This document shows positions 35,548-45,454 of a stretch of DNA of 64,000 nt, piece by piece (within the stretch, counting starts at the first letter, position 1; every line of letters begins with the position of its first letter). The translations under genes were made by a program, and so were the position numbers. The notes beneath the pieces are model-generated. The model searched no databases. It worked only from the letters and a program-made list of their open reading frames with translations, and had not been told where the DNA came from. Source of the stretch: Alphaproteobacteria bacterium (lineage in GTDB: Bacteria; Pseudomonadota; Alphaproteobacteria; Rhodospirillales; Rhodospirillaceae); NCBI GenBank assembly GCA_030432435.1, contig JAUIGX010000001.1:3014-67013 (forward strand), read 5' to 3'.

Positions 35548-36921
35548 CTAGCTTCCTAATCCCGCCTTCTTCAAAGCCGTCGCTTGCGTCTTTTTCAATG
35601 CGTCAACATCGAATCCTTCGATGGTTTCCTGGAACAGACGGTACCAGTTAACCTCTGCCCGCAAGTGCATGAACACAGAGCCGAGGCCAATGGCCGCGCG
35701 GTCCATCAGCACGAATTCGCGGGGCGGCTTTACGCCGCCAAGCCGCTTCAGTTCTTTGTGCACCTTCGTCACAGTTTCGCGGCCATATTCCGCGGCATTG
35801 GTCTCTTCAACAAGGCGCGGCCGATCTTCCATCAACGGCGCATAAACAAATGAGGCCCAAATGTTGAGGGTTTCAATCATCTCGCGACTCAAGCCAACAA
35901 AGCCCCAAGTCTCATACGCCGAGACGGCCAACTCGTGGTCGCCCTCCTCCAGCGCGCGGTACAAGTCGATCACACCCTTGACGAATTCCGGGCCGAATAT
36001 TCGAATACACCCGAAGTCCATGAGGTTAACGCTGCCGTCATCACGAACCGTGTAATTGCCCAAGTGCGGGTCGCCATGAATCACGCCAAATTTATAGAAA
36101 GGCACGTACCATGCCCGAAACATATTCACGGCGATCTCATCGCGGGTTTTTTGGTCGGCGTCTGCCGCAACGTCCTTAATAGGCCGTCCCTCGAGCCAAG
36201 ACATGGTGAGCAGCCGCCGGGTGGATAGCGCGTCAAACACATCAGGCACATGCACGCCTTTTTCGAGCGCGAGCATTTGCCGGTAGAGGGCCATGTTGCA
36301 GGCTTCGTTGCCGTAATCCAACTCCTCGGTGAGACGTTCGGCAATCTCGGCGTGAATGTCCGAAGGGTCAATCGCCGGGTCGAAACGGCGGTACGCAGCG
36401 AAGATCAGTTTCAACTGACGCAGATCGGCGGCCACGACAGAATCCATGTCCGGATATTGCAGCTTACAGGCAAGAGCCTCGTCGGTCTTCGACACCGCGC
36501 GGTGGACCTGCCCGAGTGATGCCGCCCGCGCCGCCTCGCGCTCAAAAGACTTAAACCGAGCCTTCCAACCGGGGCCAAGCTCGGTCGTCATGCGCCGATT
36601 AACAAAAGGCCAGCCCATATGCGGCGCGTTTGCCTGAAGGTGCGCTAGTTCCTGCGCGTATTCCGGCGGTATTGCTTCAGGAATGGATGCCAGGATCTGC
36701 GCCACCTTCATCAACGGCCCCTTGAGGCCGCCCAGAGCGCGCTTCAGTCCCTCCGCATCTTTAGCGCTATCGCGCTTACCGCCCACCATGCGGCCACCCA
36801 TCGTACGCGCCGCAAGCCCGCCGATGGCGCCGCCGACTTGGGCGTAGCGCTTAACACGGCCGCGAAGCGTATTTTCACTGACCGGAGAAGCAGGTTTGCT
36901 CTCTTTTGGAGGCACGTTCAT
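35548..36921 (-). CDS. ABC1/UbiB-family atypical kinase-like protein
   Basis: Motifs GPLMKVAQILAS, AAASLGQVHRA and HGDPHLGN, characteristic of the ABC1/ADCK/UbiB family. No C-terminal TM helices are evident. Confidence 0.85.
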   Translation of the reverse strand: MNVPPKESKPASPVSENTLRGRVKRYAQVGGAIGGLAARTMGGRMVGGKRDSAKDAEGLKRALGGLKGPLMKVAQILASIPEAIPPEYAQELAHLQANAPHMGWPFVNRRMTTELGPGWKARFKSFEREAARAASLGQVHRAVSKTDEALACKLQYPDMDSVVAADLRQLKLIFAAYRRFDPAIDPSDIHAEIAERLTEELDYGNEACNMALYRQMLALEKGVHVPDVFDALSTRRLLTMSWLEGRPIKDVAADADQKTRDEIAVNMFRAWYVPFYKFGVIHGDPHLGNYTVRDDGSVNLMDFGCIRIFGPEFVKGVIDLYRALEEGDHELAVSAYETWGFVGLSREMIETLNIWASFVYAPLMEDRPRLVEETNAAEYGRETVTKVHKELKRLGGVKPPREFVLMDRAAIGLGSVFMHLRAEVNWYRLFQETIEGFDVDALKKTQATALKKAGLGS

Positions 36922-36942
36922 TATTAATAGTGCCAGGTACTG

Positions 36943-38778
36943 TTAATTTTCCATCTTCTCTAGCTCGTCGATAAACCCTTCGATCGTTTTCATCCCCCGG
37001 CGCCAAAACCCCGGGTCGCTAGCGTCCAGACCAAATGGCGCCAGCAGTTCTTTGTGCCGTAAGCGCCCGCCCGATGACAACATATCGAGATACTTGCTTT
37101 GAAAATCCGGGACAGCGCCAGACTCATACACATCATACAGTGAATTCACGAGGCAATCGCCAAACGCATACGCATAGACGTAAAACGGCACCTGAACGAA
37201 GTGACTGATGTAGGTCCAGTATACCCGATACTCCTCGTCATATTGGAAGGCTGGCCCCTGGGCCTCTTTCGTCACCTGAAGCCAAATCTCGCAAAGACGT
37301 TCTTCCGACAATTCACCGTTCCGGCGCTCGTCATGAACCTGACGCTCAAACTCATGCAAACTGATTTGGCGCACGCCGGTGTTCAGCATGTCCTCTACTT
37401 TACCGGCCAGCAACGCACGACGCTCGGCCGGACGCGTTTCTTTTCTGAGCATCGCTTTAAATGTCAGCATCTCGCCGAACACCGATGCGGTTTCAGCCAG
37501 CGTCAAAGGTGTTCCACAAATGAGATGTCCCTGTCCGCCTGCAAGCACCTGATGAACACCATGGCCGAGTTCGTGCGCGAGCGTCATGACATCGTTCGGC
37601 GTCCCTAGATAGTTGAGCAAGATGTATGGGTGAGACGATGGCACCACGGGATGCGAGAACGCGCCGGAGGCTTTCCCCGGACGAGCCGGTGCATCAATCC
37701 AGTTCTTGGTGAAAAACGAGTGGGTAATTTCCGCAAGCTGTCCTGAAAATTCCGCATAGGCATTTTGTACGGTTTCCCGCGCTTCGGCCCAGGGAATGTC
37801 GCGATGATCGGCATCAGGCAACGGCGCATTGCGGTCCCAATAATCCAGCTTGTCTTTGCCAAACCATTTGGCTTTTAGCGCATAGTAACGATGTGAAGTG
37901 GACGCATAACTATCCTTAACAGCAGTGACCAGAGCCTCCACCACCTCGTCTTCCACGAGGTTGGAGAGGTTGCGCGAGGATACGGGCCTTGGAAATTTTC
38001 GCCACTGATCCTCAACGGCCTTGTCCTTGGCCAGCACATTCGTAATGAGCGTAAACAATGATGTTTTTTCCGACAGAGACTCACCGATTGCTTTGGCGGC
38101 GACCTTTCGGCGGTCTTCTTTGGCATCAGACAGGCGGTTGAAGGCTTCCGTCAGTGTCAGGTTTTCATTGCCGACCTGACAGCGCATCTCGGCAAGGGTT
38201 TCATCGAATAGACGGGTCCAAGCAGTGCGGCCGCTCGTGGATTTATCGAGAAAAAGCCGCTCAAGATCGTCGGTAAGCTCGTGATCGCGCAGTACGCGCA
38301 GGTCGCGCACCCAAGGAGCGTACTTTGCCGCGCTTTCGTGCTTCATCTTCTCGTTCAGCGCAGGTTCGTCCAGGCGATTAATTTCGAGAGTGAAAAATAG
38401 AAGCCGGCCCGACAAGTCCGTCAGGCGTTCAAGCGTGTCCTGATAAAATCGTCCGCGTGCCGGATCGGCTACATCAACTGATTGATAGAGCTGCGCGTAG
38501 CTGGCAACCTTACCCAGCATCTCGTCAATTGCTTCGTAGGCCGCAATGGCCCCGCCGAACTCCGCACCGGCTAAATTCGCAACCTTGCCGCGATGATTTT
38601 CAAAAGCCTCTACACTTGATTCCAGATCGGCGAAATCTTGAGAAAGTGCCGGACTGTCCGGCCCCTCATATAAGTCTGAGAGGTTCCATTCCGGCATGTC
38701 TCCCAAATTAATGGCTGCTGCGCCGTCGCTCGGTTCGTCCTTGCGCACGATTTGCGGAAAATTGCTTTGAATAGTCAT
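36943..38778 (-). CDS. pepF: M3-family oligoendopeptidase (PepF-like)
   Basis: Zinc motif HELGHGVH with a downstream E (AETASVFGE), 611 aa from ATG 38778. The track ORF extends to 38988 through a Cys-rich segment that does not look protein-like and overlaps the neighbouring gene's start. Confidence 0.9.
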   Translation of the reverse strand: MTIQSNFPQIVRKDEPSDGAAAINLGDMPEWNLSDLYEGPDSPALSQDFADLESSVEAFENHRGKVANLAGAEFGGAIAAYEAIDEMLGKVASYAQLYQSVDVADPARGRFYQDTLERLTDLSGRLLFFTLEINRLDEPALNEKMKHESAAKYAPWVRDLRVLRDHELTDDLERLFLDKSTSGRTAWTRLFDETLAEMRCQVGNENLTLTEAFNRLSDAKEDRRKVAAKAIGESLSEKTSLFTLITNVLAKDKAVEDQWRKFPRPVSSRNLSNLVEDEVVEALVTAVKDSYASTSHRYYALKAKWFGKDKLDYWDRNAPLPDADHRDIPWAEARETVQNAYAEFSGQLAEITHSFFTKNWIDAPARPGKASGAFSHPVVPSSHPYILLNYLGTPNDVMTLAHELGHGVHQVLAGGQGHLICGTPLTLAETASVFGEMLTFKAMLRKETRPAERRALLAGKVEDMLNTGVRQISLHEFERQVHDERRNGELSEERLCEIWLQVTKEAQGPAFQYDEEYRVYWTYISHFVQVPFYVYAYAFGDCLVNSLYDVYESGAVPDFQSKYLDMLSSGGRLRHKELLAPFGLDASDPGFWRRGMKTIEGFIDELEKMEN

Positions 38779-38955
38779 AAGGCACCTCGTTTTGCGGCTA
38801 TCTTCTTGGGGGCAGCAGATCTCATTGGAAATGGACACAAAACCTGTGTAACCGCAAGTCGTCGATCCGGCTGGACACAGAGCCTCATAAGCTTGAAGAA
38901 TATGGCAGTTAGCCGACAATAGCGGCACTGGAGCGATAACGGGGGGATACGGCAC

Positions 38956-40761
38956 GTGGCGAACACTTCCAATGCCATAGATACACAAACCATGACTAGC
39001 CTGCCGGGCATGTTCTTCACCCAGGCGAATCGCCTCGGCGAGCGTCCGTTTCTATGGGCAAAGATCGACGGCATCTACCGCGCGCGCACATGGAAGACCG
39101 TTCGCGAACACGTAGTCGCCGTGGCCCATGGCCTAAAGGCCGCCGGAGTTAAGCCGGGTGATCGCGTTATGCTGGTTTCTGAAAATCGGCCCGAGTGGTT
39201 TATTGCCGATATGGCGATCATGACCGCCGGCGCGATCGCCGTGCCCACCTACACCACCAATACCGCACTCAATCATCTGCATATCTTGAATGACTCCGGC
39301 AGTACGGTCGCAATTGTCTCGACACCCGAATTGGCTAAACGCTTGATTATGGCTGCATCCGAAGCCAATCAGAACGTCACCATTTACGTGATGGACGAGG
39401 CCGAGAAGACAATGCCCTCGGATGTCACAACCCTGCCGTGGTCCGACCTCATGTCCGCGGGTGCTGGTCAGAGCGAACCCCCAGCGGAAATGAATGCGCT
39501 CAAGCGCGACGATGTGTGTGCGCTAATATACACATCGGGCACAGGAGGTTTGCCGCGCGGCGTAATGCTGACCCACGGCAATATTCTATGCAATTGCATG
39601 GGGGCGACGGGAGTAATTGAAACTCTAGGAATTGGTGATGAGGTTTTCCTATCGTTCCTACCGTTGTCTCATGCTTACGAACATTGCGGCGGACAGTTTT
39701 TCCCGCTCTCGCTCGGCGCGCAAATATATTACGCCGAACGCGTTGAAACTCTGACGACCAATCTGACCGAAGCGCGGCCGACCGTTATGACCGCGGTCCC
39801 GCGTTTATACGAAAGCATGCGTCAACGGATTCTCTCCGGCCTTAAAAGCCAATCGAAATTTCGGCGACGGTTGTTTGATTTGGCTCTAGAACTCGGCCGC
39901 AAGCGCTACGAAACGCCAGAGGCCATGAGCGCATGGGAGAAAGCCCAGGACAAGATGTGTGACATTCTTGTCCGGCGCAAAGTCAGCAAGCGGTTCGGCG
40001 GGCGTTTAAAGGCCATGGTTTCCGGCGGCGCACCGCTCAACTACGATGTGGGGCTATTCTTCATCGCTTTGGGCGTGCCTCTGCTGCAAGGCTATGGGCA
40101 AACCGAAGCAGCGCCGATTATCAGCGCCAACCTCCCCAAACGCATCAAGCTAAAAACCGTCGGGCCGGCGCTCAATGGCGTAGAAGTAAAAATCGCCGCC
40201 GATGGCGAGATACTTGTGCGCGGCGAATTGGTCATGAAGGGTTACTGGAATGACCCCGACGCAACGCTGCTCGCGATCGACAAGGACGGCTGGTTGCATA
40301 CCGGTGACGTCGGTCAGATCGACGACGACGGCTACATTGAAATCACCGACCGCAAGAAAGATATTATCGTCAACTCGGGCGGAGATAACGTGGCGCCGCA
40401 GCACATTCAAGGCATCTTGTGTCTTGAAGAAGCCATCGGCCAGGCTATGGCCTACGGCGACAAGAAGCCCTACATCACTGCGCTTATAGTGCCCGACACT
40501 GACTTCGCAACGGCCTGGGGCGGCACCCACGGCGTTGCCGGTGACTTAGAAAGCCTGTCGCGCAATGCGCAGTTCAGGTCTGTCATCGCCAAGGCGGTCG
40601 AGCGCGCCAACCGACAACTCGGCCCGCTTGAAAAAGTGCGCAAGTTCGTGATTGCGCCGCAGCCGTTCACGGTGGAGAACGGTCAAATGACGCCTACTTT
40701 GAAAGTGCGCCGTCATGCCATCGTCAAAGAGTACGGCGCGGCGCTGGATGCTTTGTACTAG
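38956..40761 (+). CDS. AMP-forming long-chain acyl-CoA ligase
   Basis: AMP-binding motif YTSGTGGLPRGVMLTH, plus GYGQTE, TGD and GEIEITDRKKD motifs. GTG 38956 is preceded by GGGGGGA. An alternative ATG lies at 38992. Confidence 0.9.
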   Translation: MANTSNAIDTQTMTSLPGMFFTQANRLGERPFLWAKIDGIYRARTWKTVREHVVAVAHGLKAAGVKPGDRVMLVSENRPEWFIADMAIMTAGAIAVPTYTTNTALNHLHILNDSGSTVAIVSTPELAKRLIMAASEANQNVTIYVMDEAEKTMPSDVTTLPWSDLMSAGAGQSEPPAEMNALKRDDVCALIYTSGTGGLPRGVMLTHGNILCNCMGATGVIETLGIGDEVFLSFLPLSHAYEHCGGQFFPLSLGAQIYYAERVETLTTNLTEARPTVMTAVPRLYESMRQRILSGLKSQSKFRRRLFDLALELGRKRYETPEAMSAWEKAQDKMCDILVRRKVSKRFGGRLKAMVSGGAPLNYDVGLFFIALGVPLLQGYGQTEAAPIISANLPKRIKLKTVGPALNGVEVKIAADGEILVRGELVMKGYWNDPDATLLAIDKDGWLHTGDVGQIDDDGYIEITDRKKDIIVNSGGDNVAPQHIQGILCLEEAIGQAMAYGDKKPYITALIVPDTDFATAWGGTHGVAGDLESLSRNAQFRSVIAKAVERANRQLGPLEKVRKFVIAPQPFTVENGQMTPTLKVRRHAIVKEYGAALDALY

Positions 40762-40782
40762 GAGAGTTAGAGGAACTCGGCT

Positions 40783-40953
40783 TTGCTACTAACCGGAAGC
40801 AATCCAATTTTCGCGGTGCTGGTGATAGGCACTATTCTTGCGGCCATCATCTTCAGCCGTGGCCGCGGCGAGCGCACCAAGATGGTCCTTGGCGGGCTCG
40901 CAGTTGCCGCAGCAATGGTGGGACTCGCGTTATTAGCCGATGCGCTGATGTAG
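40783..40953 (+). CDS. Possible small two-TM membrane peptide (56 aa); absent from the ORF track
   Basis: A TTG-initiated ORF, (M)LLTGSNPIFAVLVIGTILAAIIFSRGRGERTKMVLGGLAVAAAMVGLALLADALM*. GAGGAA lies 6 nt upstream. The length is 171 nt, in frame. No homology is known to me. Confidence 0.3.
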   Translation: MLLTGSNPIFAVLVIGTILAAIIFSRGRGERTKMVLGGLAVAAAMVGLALLADALM

Positions 40954-40960
40954 CCAGCCG

Positions 40961-41203
40961 CTATTCGCCGACAGCTTCCAGATAAACCTGTAGCAACGAT
41001 TCCTGCTCTTCGCGCTCCGATTTATCCATTTGCCGGATTTTCACCACCTGACGCATGATCTTGGCGTCAAAGCCGGTGGACTTCGCTTCGGAATAGACTT
41101 CGCGAATATCTGCCCCGAGAGCCTTCTTTTCTTCTTCAAGCCGCTCAATCCGCTGAATAAAGCTCTTAAGCCGCTGAGCCGAAATACCTGCGCCGTCGGG
41201 CAT
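40961..41203 (-). CDS. gapR: DUF2312-family nucleoid-associated protein (GapR-like)
   Basis: Sequence QRLKSFIQRIERLEEEKKALGADIREVYSEAKSTGFDAKIMRQVVKIRQMD, the hallmark of DUF2312/GapR. Confidence 0.8.
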   Translation of the reverse strand: MPDGAGISAQRLKSFIQRIERLEEEKKALGADIREVYSEAKSTGFDAKIMRQVVKIRQMDKSEREEQESLLQVYLEAVGE

Positions 41204-41340
41204 TGGGTGTACTCCCTCGCAAAAACCAATCCGAGGCGGACATTAACAGCGCGCCCGGACCAAACAAGACCGGGCACCCTGTGGATTACGAGGATAACGG
41301 GGATAGAATTTTTCCGCCGCCCTCCCCCTGCATTGAGCCC

Positions 41341-41658
41341 CTACTCCACCACCGTAATTTCCGCATGCAGCGGCTTAGTCTCCTCGAATAGCTTTTGCTG
41401 GTCGGGCGATGCCGGTTTTTGATGCTTGGACTTCCAATCGCCAACCGGCATGCCATAGATGACTTCCTGAGCCTGATCGTAGGACATCTCTTCGCCGAAA
41501 TGCTCTGCGGCGGCGCGGTACCATTTCGCCAGACAGTTCCGACAAAATCCCGCCGTGTTCATGATATCGATATTCTGCACATCGGTGCGCTTTTGCAAAT
41601 GCTGAACCAATCCGCGAAAAGCGGCCGCTTCGACTTTTAGGCGGGTGTTCTCGTCCAT
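41341..41658 (-). CDS. DUF1244-family protein
   Basis: Sequence FRGLVQHLQKRTDVQNIDIMNTAGFCRNCLAKWY, the conserved DUF1244 core as I recall it. Confidence 0.8.
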   Translation of the reverse strand: MDENTRLKVEAAAFRGLVQHLQKRTDVQNIDIMNTAGFCRNCLAKWYRAAAEHFGEEMSYDQAQEVIYGMPVGDWKSKHQKPASPDQQKLFEETKPLHAEITVVE

Positions 41659-41685
41659 CTCGATCTCCTCAGTCGCAGATTTTTA

Positions 41686-42531
41686 CTAGATATGCACAAT
41701 ACTGTTGAAGCTTGGCTGGCTCAGAATAGGCGCCAGAACCTTGGCGAGCAGACTCGCCCACCTTTCCTGACCCGTCACATCGGCAACCAGGTCCTGACGA
41801 ATTTCCAGTTCAACGTGCGGCAGACCATGGGCCAAGCCGTGAATTTTAAGCGCATAGCCATGGGTGATGCCCGAATAGGGTTCGTTGTCGCCGACCACGA
41901 GCCCTTCCTCAGCTTTCAGGGCGTCCATGAGCGGACGGGGCAAGCGTTCATCCCGGCTGTACAACACCCCGACATGCCAGGGCCGCGCCGAATCACCGGC
42001 CGGCTTCATTGCCGGTGTACCGGCGGTGTTCATCGCCGTTGTACCGGCGGTGTTCATTGCCGGTGTAAAAGTGTGAACCGCGATGATCGCCGGCACCTGC
42101 CCCGCCCGGCGCAATCGCCCGATCTGTTCATCGGTCACACGGTGATAGGGCCAGTAGAACGCATTGGCGCGCGCTTCGATATCCGCATCGGACAAATCCG
42201 CGTTGGCAGGAATGGGCGTTCCGTCACTGGTCGCAGGAATACACTCCGGATCTCCCAACGGACGATTGGGGTCGATCAAAAGCCGTGAATACACCGCAAG
42301 CACTGCAGTTGCGGTCATCTTGTGCGCAAGGCTACGCGCAACACCGGCCGCGCCAATGTCCCACGCGATATGCCGTTCAAGCTCAGGCGCTGGAAGCCCG
42401 AGGCCGTTCATCGCCCGAGGCACAGCGTTACCGGTGTGGTCGCCGGTAATCAAAACGGGCGATACGGCGAACGGATTGATGATTTCGACTGGCGCGGGAT
42501 CTTCGGGCCCGAGGACTATAGACGACATCAC
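41686..42531 (-). CDS. N-formylglutamate amidohydrolase-family (FGase) protein
   Basis: Motifs ITGDHTGNAVP, RLLIDPNR, AVHTFTP and RPWHVGVLY, typical of PF05013. It contains an in-frame tandem repeat. Confidence 0.85.
   Translation of the reverse strand: MMSSIVLGPEDPAPVEIINPFAVSPVLITGDHTGNAVPRAMNGLGLPAPELERHIAWDIGAAGVARSLAHKMTATAVLAVYSRLLIDPNRPLGDPECIPATSDGTPIPANADLSDADIEARANAFYWPYHRVTDEQIGRLRRAGQVPAIIAVHTFTPAMNTAGTTAMNTAGTPAMKPAGDSARPWHVGVLYSRDERLPRPLMDALKAEEGLVVGDNEPYSGITHGYALKIHGLAHGLPHVELEIRQDLVADVTGQERWASLLAKVLAPILSQPSFNSIVHI
41997..42068. repeat. Imperfect 3 x 24-nt in-frame tandem repeat inside the FGase gene
   Basis: The plus strand reads ...cggcttcattgccggtgtac / cggcggtgttcatcgccgttgtac / cggcggtgttcattgccggtgtaa. 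The encoded peptide is TPAMNTAG-TTAMNTAG-TPAMKPAG. Confidence 0.9.
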
Positions 42532-42537
42532 GCAGCG

Positions 42538-42913
42538 CTATTCTGTCGGACGTCGGGTCAACCGGCGTGACGCCATTCCCGGGAAAACCAACTCCACGGT
42601 GTCGGCGCCGCGCATGACCGCCGTAAGCGGCGTATCGTCTTGGCCGCTTATGAAAATGGTCACACCACCATCTGGCGACGTCTCAAAAGTTATCGGTGCG
42701 GTGTTGGCCTCACTTTTCGCGCCCGCCGGGTTCACGGCCCAAAAGGAGATGGTATCGGCGGTAAATTCAGTGATCATGGCAGCCCCATTGGGAAGCTGAT
42801 CAACCCATTGGCCTATCAAAGGATTCGCGTCATCTGCTGCGGCGGGATGCGCAAACAAAAGAGCCGCAATGCAAAGTGTTAGAACTCGTAACTGCTGTCT
42901 CACAGTATCTCTC
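42538..42913 (-). CDS. Exported hypothetical protein
   Basis: GTG 42913 is preceded by GGAGA. Signal peptide (V)RQQLRVLTLCIAALLFAHPAAADD. It ends 7 nt before the FGase gene start. Confidence 0.5.
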
Positions 42914-43048
42914 CAATCGGGCGCCGTTTTGGGGCGATCACCGTGGCATAACAACGCCGCCGTTGCCATAATCAACACAGGCGGCGTCGGTGACACCGTC
43001 ATCGAACCGCCGCTCGCTTAACGCCATGATCCCGTGTACATTTCCGCT

Positions 43049-44500
43049 ATGACAAACACAAAACCAAACCATCGTGGGCGGCGCGCCAAGGTCATCGCCA
43101 CCCTAGGGCCTTCAAGCCATGACCCGGAAACCATCGCCGATTTGTACGAGGCAGGCGCCGATGTTTTCCGGCTGAACTTTAGCCACGGATCGCACGCCGA
43201 TCACGCAGCCTCCATTGCCGCTATCCGCAATCTCGAAAAAGAGACTGGCCGCCCCATCACAATCTTGATGGATTTACAGGGTCCAAAGCTCCGCGTCGGG
43301 AAATTCAAGGACGGCAAAGTTGTTTTAAAGCCCGGCACCAAATTCCGCCTGGATTTGGATAGCGCTCCCGGCGACGAAACGCGCGTGCAGCTCCCGCACC
43401 CAGAAATTTTTGCAGCTCTGAAACCGGGTTCGACCCTGCTGATTGATGACGGCCATTTGCGCCTCAGTGTGAAGGACTGCGGCAAGGACTTTGCCGAAAC
43501 CGAAATTGTGATCCCCGGCACCATTTCGGACCGGAAAGGCGTCAATGTTCCCGATGTGGCCCTACCGATTCCCGCCATGACGGACAAGGACAAGGCCGAC
43601 CTGGAATTCGGCCTTAGCCAGGGCGTCGATTGGGTCGCGCTCAGTTTTGTACAAAGGCCGGAGGACGTTGCAGAGGTGCGCGAGGCTGTGGCTGGGCGAG
43701 CAGGTATCCTTTCCAAATTGGAGAAACCAGCCGCTCTCGATCAGCTTGACGCCATCGTCGCGTTATCGGATTCGGTCATGGTGGCGCGCGGGGACCTCGG
43801 CGTAGAGATGCCGCTCGAACAAGTCCCGGTCCTACAAAAGCGCATCATTAGAACCTGTCGCGCTCAGGGCAAACCTGTAGTCGTCGCGACTCAGATGCTC
43901 GACAGCATGATCAAATCGCCTGTGCCGACGCGCGCAGAGGCATCGGATGTGGCCACGGCCGTTTATGATGGCGCCGATGCGGTGATGCTGTCGGCGGAAA
44001 CCGCCGCAGGCATGTTTCCGGTGCGCGCCGTCGCCACTATGCACCGGATCATTTGTCAGGTCGAAAGCGACGAGCACTATTTGAAGCTTATGGATGCAGG
44101 ACGCTTGGAGACCGAACACTCCTCCCCCGCCGCGATCACCGCCGCGGCGCGGCAGATTGCCCATACCCTCAATGCTGCGGCCATCGTCACATTCACATCG
44201 TCGGGTTCGACCACATTGCGCGCCGCGCAAGAGCGCCCAGATGTGCCAATTTTATGTATTACACCTAGCCTAGAAGCCGGACGGCGCATGGGGCTGGTTT
44301 GGGGTGTTCACGCCCTGGTCGGTGATTTCATCCACAAGGTGGATGACATCGGCGAAGTGGCCGTGAAAGGAGCTGCTCAATGCGGCATTGGCCGGGACGG
44401 CCAAACCCTGGTCATTACTGCCGGCATGCCCTTCGGCAAGGTTGGCTCAACCAACATGGTCCGCGTGGTCTGGATTGGCGGCGAGACCTCTGAAAATTAA
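43049..44500 (+). CDS. pyk: Pyruvate kinase
   Basis: Motifs KVIATLGPSS, FRLNFSHG, MVARGDLGVEMP and QMLDSM. An alternative GTG start lies at 43034. Confidence 0.95.
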   Translation: MTNTKPNHRGRRAKVIATLGPSSHDPETIADLYEAGADVFRLNFSHGSHADHAASIAAIRNLEKETGRPITILMDLQGPKLRVGKFKDGKVVLKPGTKFRLDLDSAPGDETRVQLPHPEIFAALKPGSTLLIDDGHLRLSVKDCGKDFAETEIVIPGTISDRKGVNVPDVALPIPAMTDKDKADLEFGLSQGVDWVALSFVQRPEDVAEVREAVAGRAGILSKLEKPAALDQLDAIVALSDSVMVARGDLGVEMPLEQVPVLQKRIIRTCRAQGKPVVVATQMLDSMIKSPVPTRAEASDVATAVYDGADAVMLSAETAAGMFPVRAVATMHRIICQVESDEHYLKLMDAGRLETEHSSPAAITAAARQIAHTLNAAAIVTFTSSGSTTLRAAQERPDVPILCITPSLEAGRRMGLVWGVHALVGDFIHKVDDIGEVAVKGAAQCGIGRDGQTLVITAGMPFGKVGSTNMVRVVWIGGETSEN

Positions 44501-44510
44501 TTCAACCGGC

Positions 44511-44543
44511 AAATAAAAAACCGCGGGATACACGATCCCGCGG
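44511..44543. terminator. Hairpin terminator shared by convergent pyk and rpmJ (T-run on the minus strand)
   Basis: CCGCGGGAT-acacg-ATCCCGCGG at 44521..44543, preceded by AAATAAAAAA. On the minus strand the stem is followed by TTTTTTATTT. Confidence 0.75.
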
Positions 44544-44581
44544 CTAAAGTTCCTCCCGATGGGCGAACGCGTTGATCGCGC

Positions 44582-44707
44582 TCAGCCTTGCCGCGCCTTG
44601 AAGCGCGGGTTTTTCTTATTGATCAGAAACACTCTCCCTCTGCGGCGAACAATTTTACAGTTCTTGTCGCGAGTCCGAGCAGACTTCAGGGAATTACGAA
44701 CTTTCAT
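44582..44707 (-). CDS. rpmJ: 50S ribosomal protein L36 (41 aa); absent from the ORF track
   Basis: Hand translation gives [41 protein letters not shown]. The length is 126 nt, in frame, and the match to L36 (YkgO-like, single Cys) is unmistakable. Confidence 0.9.
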   Translation of the reverse strand: MKVRNSLKSARTRDKNCKIVRRRGRVFLINKKNPRFKARQG

Positions 44708-44826
44708 AACAACTACCTTTTGGATGGCGCAGGGAACGAGGACGTCCCCTCAAGACCGTGAAAAGCGGGCGGGTTATAACCAATGGGCCTGTCCGATGCA
44801 AGCCCATCGCCCACTTATTCGGACTC

Positions 44827-45069
44827 TTACCTCGGTGGAAACGGTCGGAGCGGCGTGCCGCGCGGCGGACTAGACGGGTTTTCCCAGGGTGGCCGGGCCG
44901 CCAACGGGTCCCGATTAACGCCGGAGACACAATTTGACGAGGATTGGCACCAGGAATTTGCAGTTCCAATCAAGGCACTACCTAAGACGTCTCCGGCATT
45001 TTCTCCGGCACAGCCCGCACAGAACGCCGCAGCACCTAGCACAACCAAAACTTGAATAGTTCTCTTCAT
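44827..45069 (-). CDS. Possible small lipoprotein (80 aa)
   Basis: Signal peptide MKRTIQVLVVLGAAAFCAGC with a lipobox. The C-terminal third is Pro/Arg-rich and does not look protein-like, so the call is weak. Confidence 0.35.
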   Translation of the reverse strand: MKRTIQVLVVLGAAAFCAGCAGENAGDVLGSALIGTANSWCQSSSNCVSGVNRDPLAARPPWENPSSPPRGTPLRPFPPR

Positions 45070-45454
45070 GCTATCCAACTCAAATTCTCCAACTCTTCGC
45101 TGGTTTAGGCAAATGCCAGGCCCTTCCAGCTGATCGTGAAAAGCTGGGCCCTCCCCTGTTTCAAGCCCTTACGCGATTATATCAACTTGACGCTGACGAC
45201 CACAAGCACGCAACGGGCCGATCACAATAGGACAAGACTAAGCCGCCATTGCACCCGAGACATCGTTCAACATGGCGATCAAACCGTGATTAGAGGAGCG
45301 CACTTTTGTGCTGTATTCGCGTATGCGATAGTCTTGTCGCAATCTACAAGTTGGAAAGCGATTGCTTAGCAAAACCGTTCGTCTCGCTATTTTAGCCTAT
45401 AGCTGGCGGGTGCGCCGTTTCCAAGGTCGGGCAATTCGACCCGCAACGTCGTTC

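Noticed and set aside
38779-38988. A 70-codon N-terminal extension of the PepF ORF that overlaps the acyl-CoA ligase start.
   Set aside because: The extension (MCIYGIGSVRHVPYPP...CC...) is Cys-rich, not conserved-looking, and would overlap the divergent gene. ATG 38778 gives a normal M3B N-terminus.
44945-44962. Sigma-54-like TGGCAC...TTGCA on the plus strand upstream of the sensor kinase.
   Set aside because: The spacer between TGGCAC and TTGCA is 7 nt rather than 5, so GG-to-GC is 12 nt instead of 10. That spacing is essentially invariant for sigma-54. The element also lies about 400-500 nt from the nearest plus-strand start.
44708-45361. A possible ncRNA or extra gene in the ~650-nt low-confidence stretch between rpmJ and the sensor kinase. 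This includes the plus-strand ORFs 44783..45055 and 45136..45369.
   Set aside because: I found no conserved RNA motif, terminator or SD-supported ORF. Only the minus-strand lipoprotein-like ORF (44827..45069) has a plausible signal, and it is listed with low confidence.
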